Numbered from the whole stretch's first letter, positions 9,890-23,282 are shown. The stretch is 61,822 nt of DNA, filler included, from Choristocarpus tenellus KU-1152 (GCA_964200185.2; 9 parts of 9 records of this genome joined end to end with filler, not necessarily neighbours in it); one strand, 5' to 3'. Made by a program: numbers and translations. The notes: generated by a model not told the origin, from the letters alone.

Positions 9890-11131
9890 TCAATAAAATA
9901 TTGTCAATGTCCTGTGGTGAGGGCAGATGTCTGCCTTCGCATCTTCACCCTTGTGCCATAAGAGCCAGTCGATTTCCACACTTTTGAGGTTTAGGCCCCT
10001 GATTGCGCACTCTGCTCTTAGCAGTTCCACGGCTTGGACACATCCTGCTCTTATTTCCACCTCTTCCTCGCTTCCCGCCATTATCTCCTCCAAACTTCCG
10101 ATCCGCTGTCGAAGTGTGTAGCTATACTCCATAACATTGAGGTGGGACAAGATCTGAGGAATTCGGTAGTCTGCAAACATGGTCAGATCCCCCACATCAT
10201 CAAAACCGAAAGGGTTACCAGGACTTGCTCTCTGTCGTCCAAAAGCCGCCCAAATGTCCCCTGCCAGAATTTGCGCGCGCTTGTAGAAGAAGCATTGCTT
10301 CCCCCGGTAGATCGTTTCGTCTCTAAACCCTGGCAGAAAAGACACCACCAACCGTACCAGTCTCGAAGCAGAGCCATCTGCACGCTCAATCATCCTTATT
10401 GCCTCTCCGTCGAAGTGACCTGCAAGGACGGCACCTAATTCCCTTAACTTCAACACCCGCTCAGACGCTTGGGGAACGTCGAACCCCGAAAACCAACCAC
10501 GGAGTGTCTTCTCGTCCATGCTCATCAGGTTTTCAGCGGTGAGCAAGCAAGGATCCTTCTCTAGCGCCGATTTGAGGCCGCAGGCCCAGTGCTCGTACTC
10601 AAGGCCCAGTGTTGGCCAGAAGCAGAAGTTCATGCAGTCTGGATTAAAGAAAAGGATTGTAGATAGCGGGTGTACCAGAGATACAAAGAGGAAAAAAGTG
10701 GTCGGGATGGCGAAGTGGGGAAGCAATTTATCTTTTACGGAGGGGGTTTCTGTGTGTTTCGATGAGACTTTGCTTTCTCGGTCTGGCAGGAACTGCGAAC
10801 ACTTTGATTTTCGGGTCAAATATATAGGGCGAGGGCCCACCAAAGATGAAGTTCTCAGCAAAAACACCTTACCTAGAACGAATATATACTGGCATGTCCT
10901 CTTGCCACCCGAGGCAATGTCCTCGGAGTAGTGCCATCCGCAGTTTTCCCAACCTATTTGCTCCTCTAGAGCTCTTGGTGCTCCCTCCTCCACCCAGCTC
11001 GCGGCGAGGTCTCGTACAGCGGCTTCATTGATCGAGACATGACGACTTTGATCAAGAACATCCGCTGTGCTCCGTCGCACTGCCACAAGCGGGTTCAATA
11101 GGTCAGGGGGGGGGGATTCCATGGTTGTCAT
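9890..11131 (-). CDS. QNG1: Queuosine 5'-phosphate N-glycosylase/hydrolase (queuosine salvage protein, DUF2419/C9orf64 family); exons 11131-10873 and 10638-9890, about 335 aa
   Basis: Motifs YIFVL|DCMNFCFWP, FRDE, FYKRAQILAGDIW, LTMFADYRIPQIL, EEVEIR, IDWLLW and HHRTLTIFY. A 234-nt GT-AG intron (CTAG|GTAAGG...ATCCAG|AC) restores VLDxxNFCFW. Confidence 0.93.
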   Translation of the reverse strand: MTTMESPPPDLLNPLVAVRRSTADVLDQSRHVSINEAAVRDLAASWVEEGAPRALEEQIGWENCGWHYSEDIASGGKRTCQYIFVLGKVFLLRTSSLVGPRPIYLTRKSKCSQFLPDRESKVSSKHTETPSVKDKLLPHFAIPTTFFLFVSLVHPLSTILFFNPDCMNFCFWPTLGLEYEHWACGLKSALEKDPCLLTAENLMSMDEKTLRGWFSGFDVPQASERVLKLRELGAVLAGHFDGEAIRMIERADGSASRLVRLVVSFLPGFRDETIYRGKQCFFYKRAQILAGDIWAAFGRQRASPGNPFGFDDVGDLTMFADYRIPQILSHLNVMEYSYTLRQRIGSLEEIMAGSEEEVEIRAGCVQAVELLRAECAIRGLNLKSVEIDWLLWHKGEDAKADICPHHRTLTIFY

Positions 11132-11454
11132 GACCAAGATTTTTGTTGTGGGGTGGAGGTTTATTGATTATTCAAAACATCAACGAAAGATATGCCTTCC
11201 ATGACTACAAGATGATACGCTATGGGTCACTAATGATGAACGCATGCGACTGTATTATACCCCCCAACTAATATCATGTGTATAGCTCAAAAGCTAATGA
11301 GGTCTTCCCTTCAGAGCATAGAACACTCTCGTGGTGGTTAGGAGGGCAGGCAGTATTGCTTGTCATCATGATACTTCCACCGTATCAGAAAACTGAAATT
11401 CTGGGTTTTATGTCCCAAACACACACAATAATCAACCACTACAATAATATAATA

Positions 11455-12982
11455 AACTGACCTCCATGAGGTAGGCATTGACCCTAATATGGACAAGACC
11501 TTTGCCGCACCTCCCCAGGGCCACCAACCCACGCCCTCAGAACTGGAACTTCTTTCTGCAGCGGGAATCAACCTAGCCTAGAACCCCAATGGTTTTGTCA
11601 CATTGAGGGCTCCTGTGGGAACAGATGGCTTTATCCAAGCCCATATGGCGGAGGTGATCAAGAGCTCTGGGACACGAGCTTTGGGCACACGCCTCAGCGA
11701 GATGGAGGACAAGCAGGTGGCCTGGCTCCTCAACTCCTGGTCCCTCTCCTCCCGGCTAGGCTATCTTGCAAGGGTCACTCCCCCCCTCCTGGCACGCTCC
11801 ACCATGGAGCAGGCAGACAACACCTCCTTCCGGACACTAGAGAGGATAATGGAGGTAGCTGACTCGAGAGAGGCGACGGATTTCTTCTAGGGAGGGTGTA
11901 AGAATGGGTCTCTCTGCCTAAAGAACCCACCAACAAGTACAGGCACAGATGCCCCCAAGTGCAGGGGGTCTGGGCCTCTCCTCTACGAAACACCGTCAAC
12001 ATGTGGCTTTCGTAGGATCACTGGTAGCTACTCTCCCCACCCTCTTCGCAAGGCAGCAAGGGCCTCATGGCGAGTCCTTCTCACAAGCTGTTTGCACGAG
12101 CCCCACAGTCCAGGCTCTAGGTTCGTCCATCCACACCCTCCTTTCTACAGGTATCCCCTCAGAAGACCTTGCGGAAATCATTGGCCAAGACTGGGTAACC
12201 TGGGGAGGAACAATATCCGCTGCACCTACCCCAGAGGTCCATATCCTGGTAGCTCATGACGCCAGGATCACAAGGAGGGCTCAACATGATATCACACGCC
12301 TCTTGAACAAGATCCGTTTCGACTCCTTCCGGACAAAATTAGCTGGCCTACCTAGTGAAGTACAACAGGGGAAGGAAAGCTCCAGATTGGCCCTAGCACG
12401 CCACTGGAGCCAGTGTGGACAAGGGTCAAACGCATGGACCTCAACACAACTCCTAGAGCCAGCATGCCAGATCCCCCCCCCCTGGAATTCAAGCTTACAG
12501 CCAGCAGATCCCTAGGGAGGAGGGAGGCCCTATCCAACAGGTGCCCAGTGCCGGGGTGCAGGAGGCAAAATATCGACACCAGACATGCCCGCACCTGCCC
12601 CAGGGCAGGAGGATAGGTACGACAGCACACACTCATGGTAAAACGCCTAATCCAACTATGCAAGGGAATGTGCGTCCATTGCACTACAGAGGATGGCAGC
12701 CCCTTCAAGATAGACAAGAATCTCCGCATGGATCGAGTTTTCCACACAGGAGCACTGGAGGACTCTGGAACAGCTCCCTACAGGGACAAAGGCCTTCTGC
12801 TTGATTTGTAGAAGTGCAGGCAATCTCCCATCTTACACACTCATCCACCAGCAATGATGTAGCTGCTTCTGCAGCTGAGGCATGAAAGCGCATCTACTAC
12901 GAGGGCTCCTTTGATCCTCGTAGTTATAACCTCAATACCTTCGCAGTGGAAAGTTTGGGGCACCTCGTCAAGCAAGCGGAAT
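11455..12982 (+). mobile_element. CRE-like RLE non-LTR retrotransposon remnant (RT C-terminus, CCHC knuckle, endonuclease), frameshifted
   Basis: GFVTLRAPVGTDGF (GxxxLGxPxG-like), QMPPSAGGLGL, RCPVPGC...HARTC and NLRMDRVF, with stops and frameshifts. Confidence 0.8.
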
Positions 12983-13082
12983 NNNNNNNNNNNNNNNNNN
13001 NNNNNNNNNNNNNNNNNNNNNNNNNNTTAATTAATTAANNNNNNNNNNNNNNNNNNNNNNNNNNNNNNNNNNNNNNNNNNNN

Positions 13083-13142
13083 TTTTGGAGCGATGGAACA
13101 CCATAGTTGGCGCCCATCCCCCCCCCCCAGATACTTTGGGTC
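13083..13142. mobile_element. MITE family B terminus at contig start
   Basis: CCCCCCCAGATACTTTGGGTC end, identical to the end at 59123-59143. Confidence 0.7.
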
Positions 13143-16100
13143 TGTGCCTACATTTATATATGATTTTTTTGTGAATCTGGCAATCACTTGTAGGTCATGC
13201 CATGCACCAAAATACGTGAACTACTGCTTCAAGTAGAAGTATGGTCATGTATTCCACACTACTATTGTTTTTAATTGTAATAATCGCATCTTTTCGTTTT
13301 CCATAATGATGCAAGATAGATGCTTTGTTCATTTCTCCAAGATAGAAGGGTTGTGTGTGAGAATGCTCAGAAGTTGTAGGCAGGAAGGTTTTTCCTGCTT
13401 AGTCATGCTGATTGGTCAAGTGGACTTGTGAATCGTGCATGGTGTGCACACACCAAGTACTCCTATCATCTTCTCATTGGTCAAGAATGTAACCTTTGGG
13501 CTGCCCGAAACAACCCATTTACGTCATTGGAGATATTACGTGTATGAAAATTGGTACTTTTTTTTAGAGCTGATCCAGATCTCTGATGGGAGAGATGAGG
13601 GCTTAATTTACTGTTATATTCTGTCCATGAGTATTAAACTACTCCCAAGTACAATGTATGCTTGGTCTACTTCGCCCAGGGCCTCGGGTCTCCAGTCCAG
13701 AAGAAATCTACAGAGGGGCTTCCTGTTTCCAGACAGAATCACCTGGCACAGACAGGCTTGCTAAGGATGTGGTAGCTTTTAATTCAGTGCACAAGTATAG
13801 GCAGTTCAACATTTCTCAAAGAAGTTGAGTACACGGCGTATATATGCATTGTAAAAATATATGTGTGTGTGTCTATAGACAGTGCATTTCAGCTCAATAT
13901 GAACCTACCAGTCCGTGGACTTGGCCTTGAGGTTCATTCAACTAGCTGGAGGTAGTCACCTACTACCATTGTATTGCCAGTCATTTTGTGAGGCATTAAG
14001 AAAATTGAAGCAGAAAAGGATGAGTGGGATAAGTGCTGTAGTGCTGCTGCAGAGCTCTAGAGCAGCTGAGTCTTCTTTTCTTTTTTCTTAATGTGGATTC
14101 AGACGGGGGATGGAAAAGGAAGAATCACTACTCAGCTTTCTGTACAAACAAGGGTCAAAGGTCATGTTCACCCCTATGCAGTACTAGGCAGTACTGGAGC
14201 ACTTGAAACTGAAGTTTTCTTTTGTGTGTGTGATGTCATCTCCAGTCACCTTTCTTTTCGAGTGCACTCAAATTGAGGTTACAACAGTATTGGAACATTT
14301 TCCAATCAGGTAGGATCCTTAGCAAAAAACGTTAGTTTTTTGTTGAAGTAACCCAACTGTAAAACATTTCGATTAATTTCCCCCCCCAAGACTTGACCTT
14401 TCTGCATGTTTCACTACAGGTGATTGATTTTGATGGGACCAAGAACTACTACTCCAGAGTATAAATGATGTTACCTTCCTACTCTGAAGAACCCAGAGAA
14501 CAGTTCTTTGTATGGACTCCATATATCTATATCTGGACACTTTCTAGAAGCAGGAACCCCACTCGAGAATGTGTCCATGATTGGGCATGTATAGTACCAA
14601 GGCAACAAGATAGAGTAGAGAGAGGCGATAGTTGCTCAGTGACATCGAAGTACGCTGTACAGTCTGTAAGAATCAACATCTAACAAGGTGTAGGTGGTAC
14701 TAGGATCAACTACTACTGTTAATAGTGCCTTTGCTTTCCTCTTCAAGCACCTACAGTGAACCTCAATGACGGAGGACCGCAAGAAAATAAGCTTGCACTA
14801 TGCTGATCCTCTTATCTTGCAAAAATGTCTCTGCTTTCTACCCCAAGAAAGAGCATAGGATGATACAGTTTCTGTGTAGTGCTACAGAACATCTAAATAA
14901 GTATGGCACCTGTGGCATACCGCCTTATGTGAAACCAGCGGAAACACTGCGATGTGGGCCTCCTTCCAAGTAGCCTCGTGACTTGTATGTACAATGGACT
15001 CTTTAGGGAGGTTAGGGATTCATTATTGAGTCGAAGTAAATGAGAGGTACCCAGGTTTTGGTCATTTTCTATTCTTAGGCTGTTTTTCAACCTTTTGCGA
15101 CTCACTCGTATTTTTTTTAATCAAGTTCAAAGTTTGACTTGGCAGAGTTTATTTTTCTATTGCTTGAAAAAAGTCCGACACAATCAGAAAATATCCTATA
15201 CATATTTTACAAGAAGCCGAATTTTGCACGCACTTGTCCGTATCCTAAAAATGCAAGTCTGGGTGTACCTCTCGTTTACTTTGACTCATTCAAGAAGCAT
15301 TCAAGAAGCATTCAAGAAGCATGTATAGCACAATATAGCACATGAGGATTCCACTCTACGAGAAGGCACATTTAGGCAGATCTTGCCTTCCAAGTACTCA
15401 GATCCAGATAATCTGCAATATATTAACTCGAGAGGAGCATGTCAATGTTGAGGTGGTAAAACTGGTTGTTTTAGTGGATTAATTGTGTAAACATAGACTA
15501 GTATTGTGGATATATCTTCGTGTAACTGCACTAGCTTCACTTCAAAAAATCAAATCCTCAACGCTGCCCATGCTACTGTACCACCATAGTGCTCTATGTG
15601 AGGGGACAGGCCTCCTAATGGATCAATAATACAAACACTAACAAGTCGTACTAACAGAAGCAACCCTTGAATCAATTGCACATAGGCAGTAAGTCAATTA
15701 ACAAAGAGAGAAGAAGTTACCCAAACTCAGCTATGGCTGCTCCCTCGCCCCAGGGCATGCCAGCATGTAAGAACCAGAAGGTGCTCGAACTCTGCTTGGA
15801 TCACAGACACATTTAGTTCCTCACCCCTCAGCCGTTTTTGACTCAAAGCAGACCATTCTCTTCAACACTACATCAGAATCGGATCTGGTCACACGAATCA
15901 GCTGAGCCTAAAGGTTACGTACAGAATGTCCACTACCACCTGAACTTTTTCAACTATTTCCCACACTCTCTGGTGCAGACGTAAACCTTGAAACAACCAA
16001 TGTATATGCTGCAATCAGAGCTGATATAATATTAGAGGGGATACGTACCTGGGTTGGTGGATTGGTTGATCAGGTCTCCATCCATTCAATGAAGCAGATG

Positions 16101-17906
16101 AGAAGGTTTGAGGTCGATACCCTTTCATCTGAGCCTTAACTTGATTATCCTCTGTCTCTTTTTCTTCCCCTCGAGGTCGCCTGATGAGAGGCAGTCCTCC
16201 TTCCCTTGGTGCTCTGCTCTAGCCCTGGAAGATTGGATAATCCATTCCAAATCCGTTGGATGGGGTTGGGAGCAAATGCAGTCTGCTCGAGGGTTGGAAT
16301 TTTACAATGTCTGCCACCTTGATTTATCAATTAGGAGGCATGGGTCTGTGATGATGGTGGAAGGTATCCAGATGAGGGATGATTAATTTCCGAACAACAT
16401 CATTGGCGAAACACCCGTCCCTACCCTGTAACCATGATTTTCCCACTAGTAGAGGTGATACTGTGACACAGACTGAAGACATGTCCAGCTAGAGGGTCGA
16501 AAATTCGAGATCACTGCCACCAAAACTGACACCGTTCCTCTCCCTAGCAGCTTTCCTTTCCCACTAGAAGACATGTGGATCCAAGAGTTGTCCAGCCCGG
16601 GGATCCAAAAGTTACCTGCAGTATTAAAGAGTTAACACCCTTCCTTGCCCTGTCACCTTGATTTTTGGCCATCAATACAGATGTGTGTATTACCACAATG
16701 GAAATGGAAGAAAGGAATGTCCAATTTATACCTCTACTTCTTCTCAATTGCAATCCCCACATAATGGTGGTCACATTGCCCAAGCAGAAGCAACCTCACT
16801 GATCACTAGGCTCAACAATATTGCCAATACACTTGGTTACACCAGGCTGAAGATGCAGACCTTCATCATCAGCTGCAAGTCCCACAATGTGTGCCACTCA
16901 AACGTCATAAATCAAGCCCCTCAGTTTGCCAGAGACTCCCTCCTTCCCCATGTATATAAAGACCATAGGGTATCATATGGTCTATTTGTCCTTTCTCCTG
17001 CCCACTGCGTGGGTGAGTCTGGTAGAATTTAATAATACCCAAGCATAACCAGCTGTTGGATAAACAACATGATTGAGGATACCAGGCCTGGTAAACCAAG
17101 CTATCGAGAGTAAGGACCCATCTTAGTGCATTACAATCTCAATAGCATAACCTGGCCCCTCCTGGACCTTGTCCAAACCCTAGGCTGGCCGGTTGGACAA
17201 ACAGCTTTGAGTGGTCTTCTCTTACACTTTCCTCCTCGCCCCTCCTCGTCATGCATTTCTCCACCTGATGGTGTCTCACCAGTATCACTGGGGAGCACTA
17301 TTGGTCACCACTTTAGCGTATCAAGGAGAAGAGGATAGCTGAGGTAGCAACAACTCACGCAAAACACTGCAACAAAAACAAAGCACCTACACAATGATGT
17401 CCATTCCCTTCACACATTCAACCCCTATTGTGCCTTATCAATAGAGGGCACAAAGTGCACAAATTTCAGGAGGGTGACAACACTAGGGCTCTTAAAGGGT
17501 CGCATTAGCAGAATTTTGACAAAACAAAAGTGGTTCAATGAAAAGACACAGGTGAAGCAGGACATGATTTATATGTACTACACACAATCTGATGGATTTA
17601 GAATAAAACCAGACACATCACACAACCAGAACAAAGGGAATGGAAATGCTCTTTTATCTTTGGACACTGTTACAGGTTGACATATTTTCAAATGGTGAGG
17701 GTGACTATAGTTCTTGGATTAGACCTGGGTGTACTTGCCTATCAAACACTATTACAAGTTTCACCAGCCCTGCTTGTGGGGAGAGGGGGGAGAAGAATTA
17801 TTTTAGCTCACAAATACAACGCACTTCGTACAATAGAGTATAAGCCATTCCCACGTTTTGCCCTATCTATTCGCTATGAGTCTCTCAACATTTCATGAAT
17901 ATTATC

Positions 17907-19751
17907 TCAGAGAAAGAGGACAACACTTCGGAAAGTTGAGAGATCGCCTTGAAGCTCAAATAGACGCACAACTAGAGCCAAAAAAGGGTCCCTCACACCC
18001 TTCTCCATCACAGCACCTATTCCTTCAATGCTATGATCATCTCTCATATCCCTTTGGTGTGCTTCCAATACCCAGGGCATACTCTCCCCTTTTTCGTCTC
18101 TGCATTTCAACCTCTTGCATGTGAACAGCACAGCACACTTGCAGACATTATCATTTGAAGTACATGTTCCAATTAATTGCTCCCATTCTCCCCTATTCCC
18201 TTGCTCGTTGCTATTACTTTCTTCTCTGACAACCTCATATCTCGACCTGCCTTCCTTGAACCTTGAAGACCACCTCCTCCCTCCATCATCACCTCGGTGA
18301 GTCAATTGATTCGCATGGAAGCAGCTGTGCTCTCCACATCCCAACCTATGCTTGGTCTGCCTGTCCTGGAACCTTTCTTTGCACCTGTCTTCATACTTTT
18401 TCCCCATCCAGCCCCTCTCCCCTACTTCATACCCATCAAATATACACAATTCTGACATTTTGCAAACATCTCTCCTTGTTGCAACTCCTGAGGAGCTTCT
18501 CACAGCAACACAGCCTTTATTCCCAACATTTCCTGTTGTATATTCCCACTCAATCCCTCTCACTCGTTTTCGGCAATGTGAACTAAGCATCCTCTTGTGC
18601 AACATTATCAACCACCCCCTCCTTCTCCAAGCTCTGTCTGACGGGACACGTAGGAGCATCTTACACACCTCCTCCTCACCCATTCTATCCCTTGCCATAT
18701 CCGGCATTGCTCCCCCAACAAGTGCGGAAAGCCCTCCCACCCTTCCATTCACTGATTGTGTTTTTCCATCTAGGTGAGAAACGAGACCTGCTAAGCCCTT
18801 CACCTGCTGCTTCAGCAGCCACTTCGGGCAACTGGCATCTGCACCCCAGCGGAGGAGTTCCTTCACACAGCCCGGTGCGGCATTTAGACAAGCAAGGTGG
18901 AGAGCAGTATGACCATCCCAAGAAGTTGCCTCAACATCTGCCCCCGCTTCGAGTAAGACGCGCGTCACCTCTGTGTGGTCGACTGAAGGTGCAGCGGCCA
19001 GGTGGAGAACTGTGTAGCCACGATCAGTGTTGGGGAGGGAAATATCTGCTCCTGCCTTCAGCAGTGCCACAACTACACCTAGATGACCCTCACGGGCGGC
19101 GATATGGAGGGGTGTGTACCCTCGATTATCTTGGATGTTGGGATCAGCCCCAGCTTCCAGGAGAGTGATAGCTAGTGACGAATTTTCCTTGCGTGCGGCT
19201 GTGTGAAGGGGCGTACGCCCTTGGTTGTCTCGGGTATTACGATGAGCACCGGCACTAAGGAGAGATACAGTCATCCCGACGTATCCCAAGCTGACAGCCC
19301 ACGATAGGGGTGTATTGCCAAAAGAGTCTTTAGATTCAAGATCAGCTCCAGACTGAAGGAGAGCGCATGTTATTTCGACTAGACCACTCTCAACTGCCGC
19401 ATGTAGTGGTGTTGAATGGTCAAAGTCATTCCTCGCCCCTGTATCGGCACCTGCATTCAAGAGAGCGATTGTGACGCCTAGGTGTCCGTATCCGGTCGAT
19501 ATACTAAGGGGAGTGAGTTGATTAGACCCCCTTATAGCTTCGATGTTCGCGCCTGAGCTTAAAAGGGCGGTGGCTACCTCTGTGTGCCCAAGCTCCGCCG
19601 CCAGATGGAGAAGCCCTTCGCCAGAAGAGTCTCTCTTATCTGGATATTCCTCTGCACCAAGCAGTAGATCTTGGACTCTCGAGGCGTCGCCGGACGTCAC
19701 CGCGACACGCAGATCGCTCGAAACCTGTTCTTCGGGACAGTATACCACCAT
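17907..19751 (-). CDS. Intronless ankyrin-repeat protein, 614 aa
   Basis: About 9 tandem ANK repeats (TPLHxAA...LLxAGADxN) in the N-terminal half. The C-terminal region carries RVPSDRAWRRRGWLIML and ends FRSVVLFL*. Uninterrupted ORF. Confidence 0.88.
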   Translation of the reverse strand: MVVYCPEEQVSSDLRVAVTSGDASRVQDLLLGAEEYPDKRDSSGEGLLHLAAELGHTEVATALLSSGANIEAIRGSNQLTPLSISTGYGHLGVTIALLNAGADTGARNDFDHSTPLHAAVESGLVEITCALLQSGADLESKDSFGNTPLSWAVSLGYVGMTVSLLSAGAHRNTRDNQGRTPLHTAARKENSSLAITLLEAGADPNIQDNRGYTPLHIAAREGHLGVVVALLKAGADISLPNTDRGYTVLHLAAAPSVDHTEVTRVLLEAGADVEATSWDGHTALHLACLNAAPGCVKELLRWGADASCPKWLLKQQVKGLAGLVSHLDGKTQSVNGRVGGLSALVGGAMPDMARDRMGEEEVCKMLLRVPSDRAWRRRGWLIMLHKRMLSSHCRKRVRGIEWEYTTGNVGNKGCVAVRSSSGVATRRDVCKMSELCIFDGYEVGERGWMGKKYEDRCKERFQDRQTKHRLGCGEHSCFHANQLTHRGDDGGRRWSSRFKEGRSRYEVVREESNSNEQGNRGEWEQLIGTCTSNDNVCKCAVLFTCKRLKCRDEKGESMPWVLEAHQRDMRDDHSIEGIGAVMEKGVRDPFLALVVRLFELQGDLSTFRSVVLFL

Positions 19752-20838
19752 CTGATGAGGCGGAATATGTTTACAAAGTTAGTGGTGTGGGGAAGGAAGG
19801 TCTATTCTTTATGTGTGTCGGGAGAACGAGAGAGTACATATGAAGGTGTGATTCTTAAGAGATGGTCACGAACAAAGATGGTGATCTCCAACAATCTCGC
19901 CATGAGCAGGGTTGATTTGGTTCACAACGCAAGGCCTTCCCACAACAAGATGGATGCAGTGCGCAGAGTTGGGATTACGACTGGCATCACAAGTAGTATG
20001 TGTTTGCTCCCTCACCTTTCCACTTTCGTGATTTGGTTTCAAGTTGGAACACCAGGACTCTTACAGAACGTGGCGAATCTATGAGCAAAGGTGAGGGTGA
20101 CAAAAGCAGGTAGGGAAAAGTAGGGAGATTGAGATGAGTTGGAACTGACTTGGAGACATGGAAGGTTGGAAGGGCAATTGTCGATTATTTTGTGGTCTTG
20201 GCGAAATAATAGAAAATGTAACCACCAGGACGCTATTGACCAATCGTGTATATATCAGTGTTTATTCCGATTTCTAAAGTTCAATAAAAACTAGAAATAA
20301 CTGCATTTCTAAAATCATCAGTTTAAAATGAAAGACTAGTGATTAGGATTGGGGGGGTTGAAGGAGGAATCTGCGTTTTGTGGGAGCATACGGTAAAACG
20401 GTATTGTACATACCGCGGGAAGTAGAAGAAAATTGACGGTTCAGACGCGTAATAGTAGGTGTATCTATTAAGAGGTTATATTAGAGAAAACGGTGTATAA
20501 AAGAGGGTAAATTGCCATGTCACCACTTTTCAGGCTATAAGAGAGGTTTTGGTGTCTTCCTCCGAATTCTCTCCTATATCGAGCAAACTTGCATTTTTTT
20601 TCACTACTTGACAGAGGGGTTTCCCAAAAAGCAAAATATAACAAAGGCACAAACCTGCTCGACACCAGCAGTACACAACATAGCAGTCTTTTGTCTCTCA
20701 GTACTGCACACAGTAGATAACATACAATATGTCAAGGGTTAGACGACTGCATTGTACAGATACAACGATTCCCTGCGCAGTGGGATTCGGCTGCAACATG
20801 CAGAGTAATACTGGTCCACCACACTACACATGCCATAA

Positions 20839-21860
20839 GTGTCACATTACAGCAGCTATTTTCATGGCATTTGCAGCATCGCGGATCCTTTTGGTACCAG
20901 GGAAATGAAACTCGAGTGCAAATTGTGCGTGAGCCCCACCAAGCGCAAGACTTCGAGTCCTCCAGCCAGTGACATCATGGCATCGAAGCGCCATGGTAAC
21001 AAAAACAAGGGCAAGGGGAAGGTGCTGCCAAATATGTCTACGGAGAAAGCCGTGTCCTACAAGCCTCATGGTGCCGACAATCGTAAACGCTTGGCCTTTG
21101 CAGAGAAGGTGGACGCACTAAAACTCCTGAAGACCATGACAGGAACTGTGGTTGCTCAAAATTTTGGAATTGGTCACATCACCCTCTACAAGTTGAAGAA
21201 GGAAGCAACAACCATCATGGAGAAAGCACAGATGCTAATGCCTGGTGTCAAGTCTACGAGGGGCACCAAACATACCAAGGTGCGTCAGCGTGTGGATTGA
21301 AAGTCTGAAAGTAGGTTGATAGTGATCGTGATTGAATTGTTTTTATGCACTATCTGCTGATGAGGATCATTATTGAATTTTTGAAATTTTGCGCTCGTTT
21401 CTGTCATACTTTAATGTCTGTACTGTGTACTGTAGTATCACAGGTGACCATTTTTTTTCGTTGAGGTAACGTCCCACACAAGGTGTCCCTATATATTAAT
21501 GAGGATCTCTCTAATGCTCTTGACGCTCTACACTTCAAGCTCGATGGAAAGCCGTCTCAAGCTTCCATCAACACAGCAAGAGCGTGGATCGGTGTGAAAT
21601 ACAACGATGAAGGGGTCAATGTGACACTAGAGGACATGAGAGACCAGATGCCTGACAAATTCTTGTACCAGTCAGACAATGAAAGCTCGAGTGACGAGGA
21701 TGACGATGGGTTTATGGGAGGGGGTAGCACATCGGAGGCCGTGAGGAAAGGAGCAGCCTCTTTGGTGTTCTTGATTCCTCCACCGTCGTACTCTCAAGTA
21801 GCTGATGAGTTTGCAAGCTTAGAAACAATCGTCGAAGAGTGCAGCACAAAAAACGGTTGA
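20839..21860 (+). mobile_element. pogo/Tigger-like element remnant (psq-type HTH plus acidic tail; catalytic core absent)
   Basis: RKRLAFAEKVDALKLL...VAQNFGIGHITLYKLKKE fits a CENP-B/psq HTH. The downstream acidic ORF resembles a pogo C-terminus. No DDE region or TIRs confirmed. Confidence 0.45.
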
Positions 21861-22894
21861 GACGGAATGTTGACCAAAGTTATTACTCCTGGTGCGGACA
21901 GTTGAGACTTTCCTCCATGCTAACAGAGGGGGAGAGACACACAAGATGGACTTATGATAATAAGTCTCATGGCCTCCAATCTCAGAGTCATGTCTCATTG
22001 GAATACATGTCCATCCAAGTATGAGGTCTTCCACACAGATACTGTCGATTTGGCACTGGTGTAACGCAGAACTGAGTGCAGAAATTATCCACGACCTCCA
22101 ATTGTGGTACAAGGACATCAACGTAGCAGCTAGGGGAGGTTTGAGAACATTGCCTAGGTGATAAATTGACCCCAACCTCCACAGTCAAAAGTGGAAAACA
22201 CTCACAAGATAATTGACGCAGATGGGGACAGCATCAAGAACTTAGATGGGAAAAACCATGTTGACTTTAATGACAGGGGAAAATAGAGTTCATGGTGGGG
22301 GAATTATGAGAAGTGGTGGGGATGGGTACAGGCTCGGGAACAGTGGAAGAGGGGACTGTGACACAAATCACGACCAATTCCTGGGGCAGGATGGGCAAGG
22401 CGACAACTAGCAAGTCAGAGAACACATACCGAGGACAGATTTAACCCAATACCGCCAGTTGTGTGCAGATTCTTTTGGAGGGGGGAGAAATGCCGATGGG
22501 AAATACATGCAAATTTGACCGATTTAGACCATAAGAGCTAAACGAATCATCACCTATAGCATCGGTGGCACCAACAGGCCTAGGACAGGTCGCAGACCTG
22601 GTCTCATGGCTTCACCACATAACAACCACTGCCTCCAGGTGGAGTTATGTGGACACCAGGTCAAGATCAACCACCAGAGCCATGGTACAAGAATGGACGC
22701 TGGTTCCATGGTCGTCTGGAGAGGAACCAATTTTCCCCACCTCCACTAGCACAATCACACTGTGAGCTTTGACCGCATAGCAATAGGGCAAAAGTTCAAC
22801 TGATGGAACCATGGAAGGGGGGTTGGGAAAGAGCTATGGAACACAGCAGAACTAGGTGCAGAGAGGAGATGTTACAGGCGAGATATGTTATGAT

Positions 22895-23282
22895 GATGGT
22901 TTCATAAACACCATTATGACCTTGAAGTCCTATATTTGATATATTTCGTACTTCTTGACTTTTTACTTGTAATTTAGTTGTTTTCATGCTTTCAGGTGGT
23001 ACATCGTTGCCAGTTCCTTTTTATATGATGATATTGATGATACTTATGAAGGGAATAATGCAAGTGAGAGATCCAGCATACTTGACGACTTGTGCATCAG
23101 GAGTCCCATACATGCATCAGCGTCATCTATAGATAGGCCAGAGGAGTGGAACTATACATCCTGTGGAGGTAAGCTTCTGGAGCGTACTGTAACATGGAGG
23201 CCCTACCTGATCTCTTCAAACAGGAGAGAGCACTCAGTTTTCACCTTGACACTTAGGATTATTGGTAGCTCCCTACTGTAGC
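22895..23282. repeat. Dispersed repeat; parts recur at about 32255-32430 and 58115-58240
   Basis: Shared blocks GGTTTCATAAACACCAT..TGACCTTGAA.TCCTA, AAGTGAGAGATCCAGCAT and ACATCCTGTGGAGGTAAG...CACTTAGGATT.TTGGTAGCTCC. Confidence 0.7.

Noticed and set aside
9890-11137. 415-aa single-exon protein as given by the ORF track
   Set aside because: The 78-aa non-homologous insert is bounded by GT-AG and splits a conserved motif; it is an intron.
16540-17030. Possible Harbinger transposase relic (RKGVNSLILQV)
   Set aside because: A single weak motif; too decayed to support a call.
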